From an uncultured Sediminibacterium sp. (lineage in GTDB: Bacteria; Bacteroidota; Bacteroidia; Chitinophagales; Chitinophagaceae): a stretch of DNA of 49,729 bases. The position numbers and the translations under genes were made by a program. Positions 27,257 through 38,075 of the stretch are shown one piece after another. Every line of letters begins with the position of its first letter. Position 1 is the stretch's first letter. The notes under the pieces were generated by a model, which saw only the letters and a program-made list of their open reading frames with translations, did no database searches and was not told where the DNA came from. The DNA is taken from positions 1 through 49,729 of the forward strand of contig CAZAOF010000001.1 in assembly GCA_964486665.1 (NCBI GenBank), given 5' to 3'.

Positions 27257-30200
27257 ATGAGAATATTTTCTTTGACTCTTTTAATGTTTCTAGGTTTAAT
27301 CAGTGGTCAAGCGCAGGATAAGAAAAGTCCTAAAAAAGACAGCGTAGTATATAGTCAATTTAAAGGATTGCCTTTGAAAGCTACTCGATCGATTGATTTT
27401 AGCACCAATGAAGGTACCTGGACTTCATTAGCGGTTAGCCCAGACGGCAAAACCATCCTATTTGATTTAATGGGTGATATATATAGTATGCCTATCGAGG
27501 GTGGCAAAGCCACTGCTATCACAAAAGGGATGGCTTATGACAACCATCCAAGTTTTAGTCCAGATGGTAAGCGAATTTTATTTATTTCCGATCGCTCTGG
27601 TGCTGAAAATTTATGGTACATAGACTTAGAGAAAAAAGATACCCTTGCATTAACAGAAGAGCAAAATAATAATTTTCCTGGTGCTGTCTACACACCAGAC
27701 GGTAATTATATCGTGTACACAAAAGGACGTCGTAATACAAAATTGTATTTGATGCATAAAAATGGTGGCGCAGGTACGAGTTTGATAGATGCGCCTGCAA
27801 CCTTAAAAACAATTGACCCTGCAGTAAGTGCAGATGGTCGTTACATCTATTACAGTGCTCGTAATGGTGCATGGAACTACAATGCCATGTTGCCTCAATA
27901 TAGTATAGGTGTGTATGATAGAGAAAAGGGAACGAGTAGAACAATCGCTTCTAGATATGGCTCTGCTTTTACACCAGTCTTATCAAAAGACGGAAAGTGG
28001 TTAGTGTATGGTACTAGATTTGAAGATAAAACTGGCTTAGTAAAAAGAAACTTGACCACTGGCGAAGAGACTTGGTTAGCTTATCCAGTGCAAAGAGATG
28101 ATCAAGAATCCATTGCAGTGTTAGGTGTATTGCCTGCGATGAGTTTTACACCAGATAGTAAATATTTACTTGCTTCTTATGGTGGAAAAATTAATAAAAT
28201 AAATATTGAAACTACAGCACAAACAGAAATCCCTTACACAGTAGATGCAAAAATAGAAATGGGCCCCGAGGTATTATTTAAATATCCTATCAAAGATACA
28301 GTGGCTACAATGGCCACTCAAATAAGAGATGCGGTGCCTTCACCTAATGGAAAACAACTAGCCTTTACCGTACTAAATAGATTGTATGTAATGGATTATC
28401 CAAACGGCAATCCAAAGCGATTGACTAAAAATGACTTTACAGAAGCTCAGCCTGTATGGAACACAACTGGAACCGGAATTTATTTTACTACTTGGAATAG
28501 CGAGGGGGGAAGTATTCGTCAGTTTGATCTTGCTACAGGTATAGAAAAAACAATCACCAAAGAAAATGCGCTATACCAAGGTGTAGCGATTGACCCAACT
28601 GGTAAAAAATTAATTTATAATAAAACAAACGCACAGAAATTCAAAGATGCGATTGAGCCAACTTATGATGATGCAGAAGATGAATTGGCTTGGATTGATT
28701 TAACAAATGGCAATGAGACCATTATTGATAAGGCAAATGGGAGATACAATCCTCATTTTGCTATGAATGATGGTCGTATTTATTTAAACAATCGTGGAAG
28801 ATTAATTTCCATTCAGTGGGATGGAGGAGATGAAAAAGAAATTGCAAAAATTTCTGGCATTACTACTTTTGGTAGTATTCCTGAGCATCGTGGGAAACCA
28901 GTTGCGGACCCTTGTATTATTCCTGAAATAATGGAAGAAGAAGACGCTGCAAAAGAAAATAATCCTCCATCTAATGCCAATACTATTTTATTGTCTCCAA
29001 AAGGAGCTGCTGCAATTGCTCAGGTAAATAATAATATTTATTTTGTTACCCTTCCTAAATCAGGTAAGTCGGTTTCGATTTCAGTTGCAGACGCAAAAAA
29101 TGCAGCATTCCCTAGTAAATTATTAACTGAAATTGGAGGTGAATTCCCAAGTTGGCAGGCAGATGGTAAAACGATTCACTGGAGTTTAGGCGCAGCACAT
29201 TTTACTTATGATATTGATGCAGCTTATGCATTTGATGATAGTTTAGCAGCAGCAAAAAAATTAGAAGCGGCTATTAAAAAAGATACCACTAAAAAAGACA
29301 GCACCAATATTGCTAAGAAGGATGATAAAAAAGAAACGCCAAAATACAAAGCGAATGAAACTTGGGTAAAAGTATATTATGAAAATGATATGCCATCTAC
29401 TACTGTATTATTAACCAATGCAAGAATCATCACTATGAATGGGGATCAAGTGATCAACAACGGTGATATCTTGATTGTTAAAAACAGAATTCAAGCAGTC
29501 GGAAAATCAGGATCCTTAAAAGTGCCGGCTGGCGCTAAGCGTGTTAACCTTGCAGGAAAGACAGTAGTGCCTGGATTTGTTGACACGCATGCACACATGT
29601 GGCCAAGCTGGGGTATTCATAAAAATCAAGCTTGGATCTATGCAGCCAATTTAGCATACGGTGTGACTACTACACGTGACCCACAAACTGCTACTACAGA
29701 TGTATTAACTTATAGTGATTTAGTAGAAGCAGGTAAGATGGTTGGACCAAGAGTTTACTCAACAGGACCTGGTGTAGGTTATTGGTCTTACAATTTAAAA
29801 GACTCTGCACAAGCTGAATCAGTGTTAGCGCAGTACAGTAAATACTTTAATACCAAGTACATTAAAATGTATTTAGTAGGCAACAGAAAGCATAGACAAT
29901 GGGTGATTCAGGCAGCTAAGAATCAAAAATTAATGCCAACCACAGAAGGTGGTTTAGATTTTAAATTAAACATGACCAACTTAATTGACGGCTATCCTGG
30001 TCATGAACATTCATTACCAATTTATCCTTTATACAAAGACGTTGTTAAGACTATTGCGACTTCTAAAATGGCAGTTACACCTACCTTATTGGTTTCTTAT
30101 GGAGGACCGTGGGCAGAGAATTTTTATTATGAAACAGAGAATGTATATGGTGATGCAAAAATGCAGTACTATACTCCATATGAAGAATTGGCTAGCAAAT

Positions 30201-30655
30201 CACGCCGACGTGCTACTTGGTTCTTACCAGAAGAACATGTGTTTCAAAAGCATGCTAAAAGTATGAAGCAGATTGTAGAAGCAGGAGGCCTTGCCGGTAT
30301 TGGAAGCCATGGTCAATTACAAGGTCTAGGTTTTCATTGGGAGCTATGGTCAATGCAATCGGGCGGTATGCGTAATATAGATGCATTAAAAACAGCAACC
30401 ATATTAGGTGCAGAAAGCTTGGGACTAGACAAGGATCTTGGCAGTATCAGTGTGGGAAAATTAGCCGACTTGATTATCTTGAATAAGAACCCTTTAGAGA
30501 ATATCAAAAACACAAATAGCGTGGAGTATATCATGAAAAATGGTCGCTTATATAAAGGAGATAATTTAGACGAAATGGTTACTGGTAATTCTAAAGTAGA
30601 CCGTAAAGAATATTTAGATAAAAAACCAACAAAAAACACCAAGGTAGAAGACTAA
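27257..30655 (+). CDS. Secreted amidohydrolase with N-terminal PD40/TolB-like propeller repeats
   Basis: SPDGK repeats; PGFVDTHAH metal motif, GVTT, GKLADLIIL. Confidence 0.9.
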   Translation: MRIFSLTLLMFLGLISGQAQDKKSPKKDSVVYSQFKGLPLKATRSIDFSTNEGTWTSLAVSPDGKTILFDLMGDIYSMPIEGGKATAITKGMAYDNHPSFSPDGKRILFISDRSGAENLWYIDLEKKDTLALTEEQNNNFPGAVYTPDGNYIVYTKGRRNTKLYLMHKNGGAGTSLIDAPATLKTIDPAVSADGRYIYYSARNGAWNYNAMLPQYSIGVYDREKGTSRTIASRYGSAFTPVLSKDGKWLVYGTRFEDKTGLVKRNLTTGEETWLAYPVQRDDQESIAVLGVLPAMSFTPDSKYLLASYGGKINKINIETTAQTEIPYTVDAKIEMGPEVLFKYPIKDTVATMATQIRDAVPSPNGKQLAFTVLNRLYVMDYPNGNPKRLTKNDFTEAQPVWNTTGTGIYFTTWNSEGGSIRQFDLATGIEKTITKENALYQGVAIDPTGKKLIYNKTNAQKFKDAIEPTYDDAEDELAWIDLTNGNETIIDKANGRYNPHFAMNDGRIYLNNRGRLISIQWDGGDEKEIAKISGITTFGSIPEHRGKPVADPCIIPEIMEEEDAAKENNPPSNANTILLSPKGAAAIAQVNNNIYFVTLPKSGKSVSISVADAKNAAFPSKLLTEIGGEFPSWQADGKTIHWSLGAAHFTYDIDAAYAFDDSLAAAKKLEAAIKKDTTKKDSTNIAKKDDKKETPKYKANETWVKVYYENDMPSTTVLLTNARIITMNGDQVINNGDILIVKNRIQAVGKSGSLKVPAGAKRVNLAGKTVVPGFVDTHAHMWPSWGIHKNQAWIYAANLAYGVTTTRDPQTATTDVLTYSDLVEAGKMVGPRVYSTGPGVGYWSYNLKDSAQAESVLAQYSKYFNTKYIKMYLVGNRKHRQWVIQAAKNQKLMPTTEGGLDFKLNMTNLIDGYPGHEHSLPIYPLYKDVVKTIATSKMAVTPTLLVSYGGPWAENFYYETENVYGDAKMQYYTPYEELASKSRRRATWFLPEEHVFQKHAKSMKQIVEAGGLAGIGSHGQLQGLGFHWELWSMQSGGMRNIDALKTATILGAESLGLDKDLGSISVGKLADLIILNKNPLENIKNTNSVEYIMKNGRLYKGDNLDEMVTGNSKVDRKEYLDKKPTKNTKVED

Positions 30656-30673
30656 TTTTTTCAATGTAACGCT

Positions 30674-31597
30674 ATGCAAAATTCAAGAAGAAAATTTATT
30701 CAAAATAGTAGTTTGGCCCTATTAGGTATTGGTCTTGCGCCAAATTCCTTATGGTCAAAAAGTGTATATGCGGATGCTAAAATTAAAATTGGCATCCAGT
30801 TGTATACTGTTCGTGATACGATGTTTAAAGACCCATTGGGCACTTTAACTGCTTTATCTAAAATGGGTTACCAATATGTAGAGCATGCGAATTATGCCAA
30901 CAGGAAGTTTTACGGCTATACAGCTATTGAGTTTAAAAAGATATTAACTGACCTAGGCATGCAAATGCCTAGTGGCCATACCGTAATGAATACAAAGCAT
31001 TGGGATGCGACCAAAAAAGACTTTACAGATCTTTGGAAGCAAACCATCGATGACGCTGCAACACTCGGTCAAGCATATGTGATTAGTCCTTGGATGGACG
31101 AAAAGGTAAGAACCTCCTACGACGCATTAATGCATCAGTTAGAATTATTTAATTTGTCAGGTGAACTATGTCAAAAGTCTGGCATGCGTTTTGGATACCA
31201 CAACCATAACTTTGAATTTGTTGAAAAAGTAAACGGGCAGTTGATTTATGATATTATTTTAAAAGAAACTGATCCCGAATTAGTGATACACCAATTAGAT
31301 TTTGGAAACATGTATGGTATTGGTGCAAGAGGTATGGACTGGATCAAAAAATATCCAGGTCGTTTTGCTTCCGTACATGTAAAAGACGAAATAAAAGTAG
31401 CCGTTGGCGAAATGAATGACGGACATGATAGCACTATTTTAGGGAATGGTGTAGTAGACCCAAAAGCAGTAAGTTTACTAGCCAAAGCAATAGGCGGCAC
31501 ACATCACTTTATTATTGAACAAGAATCTTATCAGGGTATTGCACCATTAGAGTGTGCGCGAATAAATTTAGAGCGTATTAAAACTTGGGGTCTATAA
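30674..31597 (+). CDS. Tat-exported xylose-isomerase-like TIM-barrel sugar isomerase/epimerase
   Basis: SRRKF Tat motif; GIQLYTVR, YHNH, HVKD and IIEQE. Confidence 0.88.
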   Translation: MQNSRRKFIQNSSLALLGIGLAPNSLWSKSVYADAKIKIGIQLYTVRDTMFKDPLGTLTALSKMGYQYVEHANYANRKFYGYTAIEFKKILTDLGMQMPSGHTVMNTKHWDATKKDFTDLWKQTIDDAATLGQAYVISPWMDEKVRTSYDALMHQLELFNLSGELCQKSGMRFGYHNHNFEFVEKVNGQLIYDIILKETDPELVIHQLDFGNMYGIGARGMDWIKKYPGRFASVHVKDEIKVAVGEMNDGHDSTILGNGVVDPKAVSLLAKAIGGTHHFIIEQESYQGIAPLECARINLERIKTWGL

Positions 31598-31606
31598 AAT
31601 TATTAT

Positions 31607-33838
31607 ATGAAAAAATATTATTTCTTGTTTGTACTACTAGTTACAAGCATATCGTTGTCTGCACAAAAGCCAACCGTTGCTGAGCTCACTAGATGGAATT
31701 TACATGCAAAACAAACAACGATCATTCGTGACGAATGGGATATACCCCATGTCTATGGAAAGACGGATGCTGACGCCGTGTTTGGCCTAATGTATGCGCA
31801 ATGCGAAGAGAATTTTCCGCAGATAGAAAAGAATTTTTTAGAAATGTTAGGTAGACGTGCAGAAATGGAAGGACCTAAAATGATTTATGAGGACCTAATG
31901 ATGCAATTGATTCAAGATAGCACTGAGGCGATCAAAGATTTTGAAAAAAGCCCCACTTGGTTTAAAAAATTATTAATCGCACATGCAGACGGTATCAATT
32001 ATTATTTATTCAAGCATCCAGAAGTTAAGCCAGTAGTGCTTAAGAAATTCAAGCCTTGGTATCATTTGATGTGGACTGACGGAAGTGTTTCACCAACAAG
32101 ATCTGCAGGCATCACAGAAAAGCATGTGGAAGCTTTTTATGGTCAACAATTATTTGCCAACCAAAATTCATTAAGTAGCAACTTTAATAAACCGATTCAG
32201 CAAACGAACTTTGAACAGCCTAACTATGACATGGAAGAAAAAACCTTAAAAGGTTCGAATGGGTTTGCCATTGCTCCAAAGCACAGTAAAAGCGGCAATG
32301 CCATGTTGTATATCAATCCCCATGTACCTTTTTATTTTAGATCAGAAATGCATATGGTGAGTGAAGAGGGTTTAAATGCTTATGGCGCTGTAACCTGGGG
32401 ACAGTTCTTTATTTATCAGGGTTTCAACGAAAATTGTGGATGGATGCACACAAGTAGTTACGCAGATGTAGCAGATGTGTATGAAGAACGAACAGAAAAA
32501 ATAAATAACGAGCTGTTTTATAACTACGAGCAAGAAAAAAAGAAAGTGGGTCAACGTGTCATCCCCGTTAAATATGTAGACAATGGCGTAATAAAAACAA
32601 CCCTTTTCACTACTTACTTCACACATCATGGACCTGTAGTAGGTATGCAAAAAGGGAAATGGCTTAGCCTGAGAGAAAACAACCGTTCTTTAGAAGCCTT
32701 AATGGAATGCTGGACAAGAACTAAATCAAAAAGTTTAGCAGACTATACAAAAGCGATGGAATTATTGGCAAACAATAGTAACAACACAGTCTATGCAGAT
32801 GCTGCAGGCAATATCGCCTACTGGCATGGAAATTTTATGCCAAAGCGTAATCCCAATTTTGATTATACCATGCCTGTAGATGGAACGATTAGCGCAACAG
32901 ACTGGAATGGTGTTCACCCCTTAAACGAGATTGTACAAAGTATTAATCCAAGCAATGGATGGTTGCAAAATTGCAATGCGACTCCATTTACAGTAGCAGG
33001 AGTTAACAGTCCAAAACCAACTGACTACCCAGCGTATATGGCACCTGATGGTGAGAATGGAAGGGGCATAACAGCAGTGAACTTGTTATCTAAAATTGAT
33101 AAAATTAATTTAGATGAATTAATTGCACTAGGGTATAATAAAAAATTAAGTGCATTTGATATTTTACTTCCGAATTTTTTAGCGCAAGCAAATATTAAGA
33201 CACTTGCTCCAAGAACAAAAAAAGCAATTGATTACCTAGCAAATTGGGATCACTTTGCAGATTCAAATTCTATTGCAACAAGTATAGCCATAGAATGGGC
33301 AACTAAATGGAGTGCAGAAATTCCTCCTGCAAATACAGAAGAAGCTGCAACACAGGTGTTACTTAAATACCAGCGAATGGACCAAGATGTAAGCTTCGAA
33401 ACTAAAATAAAATTATTAGAAGCAACTTTAGATCAATTTGAAAAATGGTATGGTGGATGGGAAATAAAATGGGGTGCAATCAATCGTTACCAAAGAGTTG
33501 CACCAGGTGCTAACTTTGATGACAATCAAGCAAGTTTAGCAGTTAATCAAGCTTCGTCAAGATGGGGAGGCTTACCTTCTTTTGAGAGCAGACGCTATCC
33601 TACTACAACAAAGCGATACGGATATACAGGAAATAGTTTTGTAGCAGCAGTTGAATTTGGTAAAAGATTAAAAGCAAAAACAATTGTAACTGGTGGGCAA
33701 AGCAGGTTTGCCGAAAGCAAACATTTCACAGACCAAGCCTATGGATTTATACATGGTCAATTTAAAACAATTCACTATTACAAGGACGAGGTTTTAGCTA
33801 ATAAAAAAGTAGCATACCATCCAGGATTAGCAAGGTAA
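31607..33838 (+). CDS. Penicillin acylase family (peptidase S45) Ntn-hydrolase
   Basis: IRDEWDIPHVYG, GSNG cleavage/nucleophile site, NPH, GNSFVAAVEF. Confidence 0.9.
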   Translation: MKKYYFLFVLLVTSISLSAQKPTVAELTRWNLHAKQTTIIRDEWDIPHVYGKTDADAVFGLMYAQCEENFPQIEKNFLEMLGRRAEMEGPKMIYEDLMMQLIQDSTEAIKDFEKSPTWFKKLLIAHADGINYYLFKHPEVKPVVLKKFKPWYHLMWTDGSVSPTRSAGITEKHVEAFYGQQLFANQNSLSSNFNKPIQQTNFEQPNYDMEEKTLKGSNGFAIAPKHSKSGNAMLYINPHVPFYFRSEMHMVSEEGLNAYGAVTWGQFFIYQGFNENCGWMHTSSYADVADVYEERTEKINNELFYNYEQEKKKVGQRVIPVKYVDNGVIKTTLFTTYFTHHGPVVGMQKGKWLSLRENNRSLEALMECWTRTKSKSLADYTKAMELLANNSNNTVYADAAGNIAYWHGNFMPKRNPNFDYTMPVDGTISATDWNGVHPLNEIVQSINPSNGWLQNCNATPFTVAGVNSPKPTDYPAYMAPDGENGRGITAVNLLSKIDKINLDELIALGYNKKLSAFDILLPNFLAQANIKTLAPRTKKAIDYLANWDHFADSNSIATSIAIEWATKWSAEIPPANTEEAATQVLLKYQRMDQDVSFETKIKLLEATLDQFEKWYGGWEIKWGAINRYQRVAPGANFDDNQASLAVNQASSRWGGLPSFESRRYPTTTKRYGYTGNSFVAAVEFGKRLKAKTIVTGGQSRFAESKHFTDQAYGFIHGQFKTIHYYKDEVLANKKVAYHPGLAR

Positions 33839-34512
33839 TGGTCGTAGAGCTTGGTCATGAAAGCTATCTTCACCAGGCCAGCAACATTTTTTACTTGAAA
33901 GCTTTGCATTAATCGAGTCCTATGGCCTTCGATAGTACGTTTACTATGCCCTAGTTCTGCAGCAATTTGTTTGCTAGAAGCTTCTTCGCAGATGCGTATT
34001 AAAATATACTTATCATAAGTCGATAAACCTTGGACCAATTCAATAAGATTAATGCTGTCCATGGACTGAGTTAAAGCTAGTACTCGCTCTGATGTATGGT
34101 TACAGAAATATACTTTGTTTTGACAAGCCATCTCAACTGCTTTATTCCATTCTTCACTAGACATATTTCTAGATACAATCACATTCACTTCTAAATCGAT
34201 TAACTGGTATAAAACGTAGTTCGTGGTGTCTTCATTTAAGACAATAATGATTGGAAAAACCTTTTGAAGCTGTTTGATCTTATCACAAACCTCTTTCGTT
34301 TCAAAATCAAACATAGCACAATCAATAATTAAAAGGCCTTCCGATAAGCCAAGTTCAAAGCTGGCAATTTCACTCAAAGAGCTAAGCATGCTGTAGCCAT
34401 GACATAAAGGATGGGATTGAACCAATTGACTACATCCTATTGCATAGATGCTTTGTTGATCACAAATTAAGACTTGTTTACGCTCCTGTTGATGTTGGTA
34501 GTTTTTTTGCAT
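33778..34512 (-). CDS. LuxR/NarL-type regulator with degenerate receiver domain
   Basis: SSKQIAAELGHSKRTIEGHR HTH; receiver-like N-terminus. Confidence 0.75.
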   Translation of the reverse strand: MQKNYQHQQERKQVLICDQQSIYAIGCSQLVQSHPLCHGYSMLSSLSEIASFELGLSEGLLIIDCAMFDFETKEVCDKIKQLQKVFPIIIVLNEDTTNYVLYQLIDLEVNVIVSRNMSSEEWNKAVEMACQNKVYFCNHTSERVLALTQSMDSINLIELVQGLSTYDKYILIRICEEASSKQIAAELGHSKRTIEGHRTRLMQSFQVKNVAGLVKIAFMTKLYDHYLANPGWYATFLLAKTSSL

Positions 34513-34705
34513 GATTAAAAAAACAGTATACTACTCGTATTCGTTATTTTTACTATCCTTATTACATCATTGGTGCTATTTTTCAAGGTATTTACCCCCT
34601 TCAAATAAAAGCTAAGTTCATTAGTTTAAGACTAGAGTCGATAGAATGTACTCAGAATGGATTAAATTGCAGGTATCAAAAATTAGCATACTGCTTTAAT
34701 ATTAT

Positions 34706-35413
34706 ATGGAATTTGAAAAATCAATTACACTGGCCACTTTTTCCCCTTTATGGTGGCAAAGTATTTTATTCATAGGCATTAGTATTTTCTTAATTATACA
34801 ATTACCAAAGTATATTAAAAAAATCAAAATTAAACAGTACGATCTTTTTATTGCAGTTTTATTAATGGCCAACTTGATCATTGAACAGTCTTATAATTAC
34901 TATAATGGGTTATGGAATATTCAGCAAAATATTCCCGCACACTTATGTAGCATCAGTAATATTTTGTGCATTATTTATCTTTTTAATAAAAATCAATTGC
35001 TTGGTGAATTTGTTTATTACTGGGGATTGCTCGGAGGCATACATGCACTTCTAACACCAGAATTTAATACTGGCGTGATTGGTTATAATTTTTATAGCTT
35101 CTTTATTGGGCATGGTGGATTGTTATTAGTTGTACTCTACATGGTGAAACATAATGGATTTAGCCCTAGACCAAAATCATGGTTAAAAATATTCGGTTAT
35201 TCGCAATTTGTCGTCTTGACAGTGGGCGCGTTAAATTATGCTATTGACACAAACTATATGTTTTTAAGAGCACGCCCATCTGCTAATAATCCTTTAATTA
35301 TTGGAGACTGGCCTTTTTATTTAATTACTTTTGAATTAGCTGCTATTTCGCATTTTTGGATTTTCTATCTGCCATTTGCTAGAAAAAACAAAAGGGCCCG
35401 ATTGGCCCTTTAA
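34706..35413 (+). CDS. YwaF / TIGR02206 family integral membrane protein
   Basis: PAHLC, ALLTP, FIGH, NYMFL and WPFY motifs. Confidence 0.85.
   Translation: MEFEKSITLATFSPLWWQSILFIGISIFLIIQLPKYIKKIKIKQYDLFIAVLLMANLIIEQSYNYYNGLWNIQQNIPAHLCSISNILCIIYLFNKNQLLGEFVYYWGLLGGIHALLTPEFNTGVIGYNFYSFFIGHGGLLLVVLYMVKHNGFSPRPKSWLKIFGYSQFVVLTVGALNYAIDTNYMFLRARPSANNPLIIGDWPFYLITFELAAISHFWIFYLPFARKNKRARLAL
35383..35411 (-). terminator. Terminator-like hairpin for the minus-strand operon, inside the ywaF-like 3' end
   Basis: AAAGGGCC-loop-GGCCC followed by TTTTGTTTTTT on the minus strand. Confidence 0.5.
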
Positions 35414-35438
35414 TTGAGTTAGTTAAGTTTTAGTTCAG

Positions 35439-35780
35439 TTATAGCTCTTCTATTCGTTTTGCCTTATCATCTATCACTAGATCAAAATTAGGTTTCACAG
35501 CACCGCCATTTGGACAATAGCCTGTGATTAAATCGTGAAATTTACAACCCCATTTAGTCAACTGCTCAAGCGTTAATGGTCTTAGATCTCTTTTTGAACT
35601 TTCTCCTCGTCCTGTCCAATAGGTAATATGCCAACCTTCTTCATATAGCTTATTGATTTTTGCGATGTTATCAAAATTAGGTTCAGCTAATTCATAAACA
35701 CGTTTGTCGGAATAAAAGCAAATGGTCTCATCAATATCGATAAGTGCTTTTTTGGAACCGAATCTTTTTGATTCTATCAT
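35439..35780 (-). CDS. Minimal HAD-superfamily phosphatase (capsule-associated type)
   Basis: DIDETIC motif I, WTGR motif II, KP...IDDKA motifs III/IV. Confidence 0.75.
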   Translation of the reverse strand: MIESKRFGSKKALIDIDETICFYSDKRVYELAEPNFDNIAKINKLYEEGWHITYWTGRGESSKRDLRPLTLEQLTKWGCKFHDLITGYCPNGGAVKPNFDLVIDDKAKRIEEL

Positions 35781-35809
35781 AAATTGGTTTTAAAATGAGT
35801 GAAATATTT

Positions 35810-37084
35810 TTATAATCTTGCTGTTACGATTGATCTATCTAAAAAAGCCTTTGTATCATATATCACAGAAGCTGGACTAGACTTTAAAGCTGTAAAATCT
35901 AAGGCCTTAAAAAAATCATGTGCTACTGCTAAGAGGATTGCATCATATTTACCCAATGAGGTAACCAATGTTACTTGGTGCTTTTGTAAGGTCTCTGCGG
36001 CATTAGCAAATGGATCAAAAGCATCTACGCTTGCACCCTTTTGTTGTAGATGGGTAATGATGTCAAAAACTTTTGAGTTTCTAATATCAGGGCAATTTTC
36101 TTTAAACGTCACGCCAAGAATCAAGACCTTTGCATCTTGAATTTGCTTTCCTGCTATTTCAAGTAATTGTATCAGTTTTTCACTTACAAATAAACTCATC
36201 TGGTCATTCACATCACGACCCGATAAAATTACTTGTGGATGGTATCCCAAGGACTTTGCTTTATAGGCTAGATAATAAGGATCAACTCCAATACAGTGAC
36301 CTCCCACTAAACCAGGCTTGAATGGAAGAAAATTCCATTTTGTACTTGCTGCAGCCAATACTTCCTGAGTGTCAATATTCATTCGATCAAAAATCAATGC
36401 CAACTCATTCACAAAAGATATATTAATGTCTCTTTGTGCATTTTCAATAGACTTTGCTGCCTCGGCTACTTTAATAGAAGGCGCTTTATGTGTGCCTGCA
36501 GTAATAATACTAGCATACAGATGGTCAATATAATCAGCAGCTATTGGTGTAGATCCAGAAGTAATTTTTTTAATCTTTGTCAACGTGTTCACTTTGTCAC
36601 CTGGATTAATTCTTTCTGGAGAATAACCACAGTAAAAATCTTTATTAAATTCCAAGCCCGAAATTTTTTCAAGAACAGGCACGCAATCTTCTTCGGTGCA
36701 ACCAGGATAAACGGTACTTTCATAAATTATGATATCTCCTTTTTTTATTAAGCCTGCAATTTCAGAAGTAGCAAGCAATAATGGCGAAAGGTCTGGTGTT
36801 TTATCTGCATGCACTGGAGTAGGCACGGTAATAATAAATACTGTTGCTTGTCCAATTTCCAAAAGGGCATCGGTAAGTGTTAAATTTGTCGCAGCTTGAA
36901 TTTCGGCTACCGAACTTTGTAATGTATGATCGGTTCCATTTTGCAATGCATGAATTCTTGTAGTATCCAAATCATAACCTATTACCTTATACCTTGTCGA
37001 AAAAGCCAAAGCAAGCGGCAAACCCACATAGCCAAGTCCTATGATCGCAATCGTGGGAGAAGTAGTAAATGTAAAGTCTTGCAT
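35810..37084 (-). CDS. Nucleotide-sugar dehydrogenase (UDP-GlcNAc/GalNAc 6-dehydrogenase, TviB/WbpO-like)
   Basis: GLGYVG, ESTVYPG, SPERINPG, GGHCIGVDP, FKENCPDIRNS. Confidence 0.9.
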   Translation of the reverse strand: MQDFTFTTSPTIAIIGLGYVGLPLALAFSTRYKVIGYDLDTTRIHALQNGTDHTLQSSVAEIQAATNLTLTDALLEIGQATVFIITVPTPVHADKTPDLSPLLLATSEIAGLIKKGDIIIYESTVYPGCTEEDCVPVLEKISGLEFNKDFYCGYSPERINPGDKVNTLTKIKKITSGSTPIAADYIDHLYASIITAGTHKAPSIKVAEAAKSIENAQRDINISFVNELALIFDRMNIDTQEVLAAASTKWNFLPFKPGLVGGHCIGVDPYYLAYKAKSLGYHPQVILSGRDVNDQMSLFVSEKLIQLLEIAGKQIQDAKVLILGVTFKENCPDIRNSKVFDIITHLQQKGASVDAFDPFANAAETLQKHQVTLVTSLGKYDAILLAVAHDFFKALDFTALKSSPASVIYDTKAFLDRSIVTARL

Positions 37085-37108
37085 TAGACGCCAAAGTTAA
37101 TGGAGACC

Positions 37109-37999
37109 TTAATGATGTCCATATTTTTTTTCGCCAGCAGGAATCGCAATAGTGAGTCTGTTTTGTGGAGGTGGAAGCGGACAGGTAGCAAATTCGGTAA
37201 ACGCACAAGGTGGATTATAGGCAAGGTTAAAGTCTATAAAAGTATCGCCATTTGCATCTGGCCTGTCTATCTCTATAAACCTGCCCGACCCATAGGTGGT
37301 TATACCAGATGTGGCATCAGCGAAAGTGATAAATAAGCCTTTGCCCCCTTCATCAATAGCATCTAAAAAATACGTTTTACCCTCTATTGTAAACACCAAT
37401 TTGCCACCGTGCTTTTGGGCAGTATTTTGTCCTAATACATTCATGATCATCAGTGGATTTTGATCCTGCGGAATTACTTTGGCCTTGATACGCCAATTAG
37501 CATCCACTTTAAACCTATCAATACCTTTAAACTCAAGTAAGGTTTTAGCTTTTAGGTTTCTAAATCTAACGCCTATTTTGTCTTCTCTTTTGATTACGGT
37601 CCATGAAAAATCCTTCCATTGACTCGTAAAACCGCTTGATGATAATAAATTTATTTTGGATGCATCTTCAACTATCTCTCCATTGGCATTGGTTACAACC
37701 ACCTTCTTGTTTTGACCGTTTTTCCAATACACCCCTTCTTCTGATACAATAAAATCACCTATATGTGTCGGGAACAGCGGGTTATTGTAAACAAGGTCAT
37801 TATTGGAGGCTGAGCCAAAACGATTGACTCCTTTTTGTAACCAGAACAAACCTTCTAAATTCAACCAACCATTTGGCTTTTTCAACTCCTGGTTTCTTAC
37901 AGCATGCCAGTTTTCAACGGTACTATGGTAACTATTTTGCTGAGCAATACCTACAAATGCGATTAAGGTAAAAATAAATAGGGTTGTAAATTTTCTCAT
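37109..37999 (-). CDS. DUF1684 family protein
   Basis: TYGSGRF, IDFNLAYNPPCAF...CPLPP...AGEK; signal peptide. Confidence 0.9.
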   Translation of the reverse strand: MRKFTTLFIFTLIAFVGIAQQNSYHSTVENWHAVRNQELKKPNGWLNLEGLFWLQKGVNRFGSASNNDLVYNNPLFPTHIGDFIVSEEGVYWKNGQNKKVVVTNANGEIVEDASKINLLSSSGFTSQWKDFSWTVIKREDKIGVRFRNLKAKTLLEFKGIDRFKVDANWRIKAKVIPQDQNPLMIMNVLGQNTAQKHGGKLVFTIEGKTYFLDAIDEGGKGLFITFADATSGITTYGSGRFIEIDRPDANGDTFIDFNLAYNPPCAFTEFATCPLPPPQNRLTIAIPAGEKKYGHH

Positions 38000-38075
38000 A
38001 ATTGCTTAATTCGTTAAGGTGGATCACTCATCAATTTTTTGTGGAGCGAATATTCATAGAATTGATTCTCAAAAT

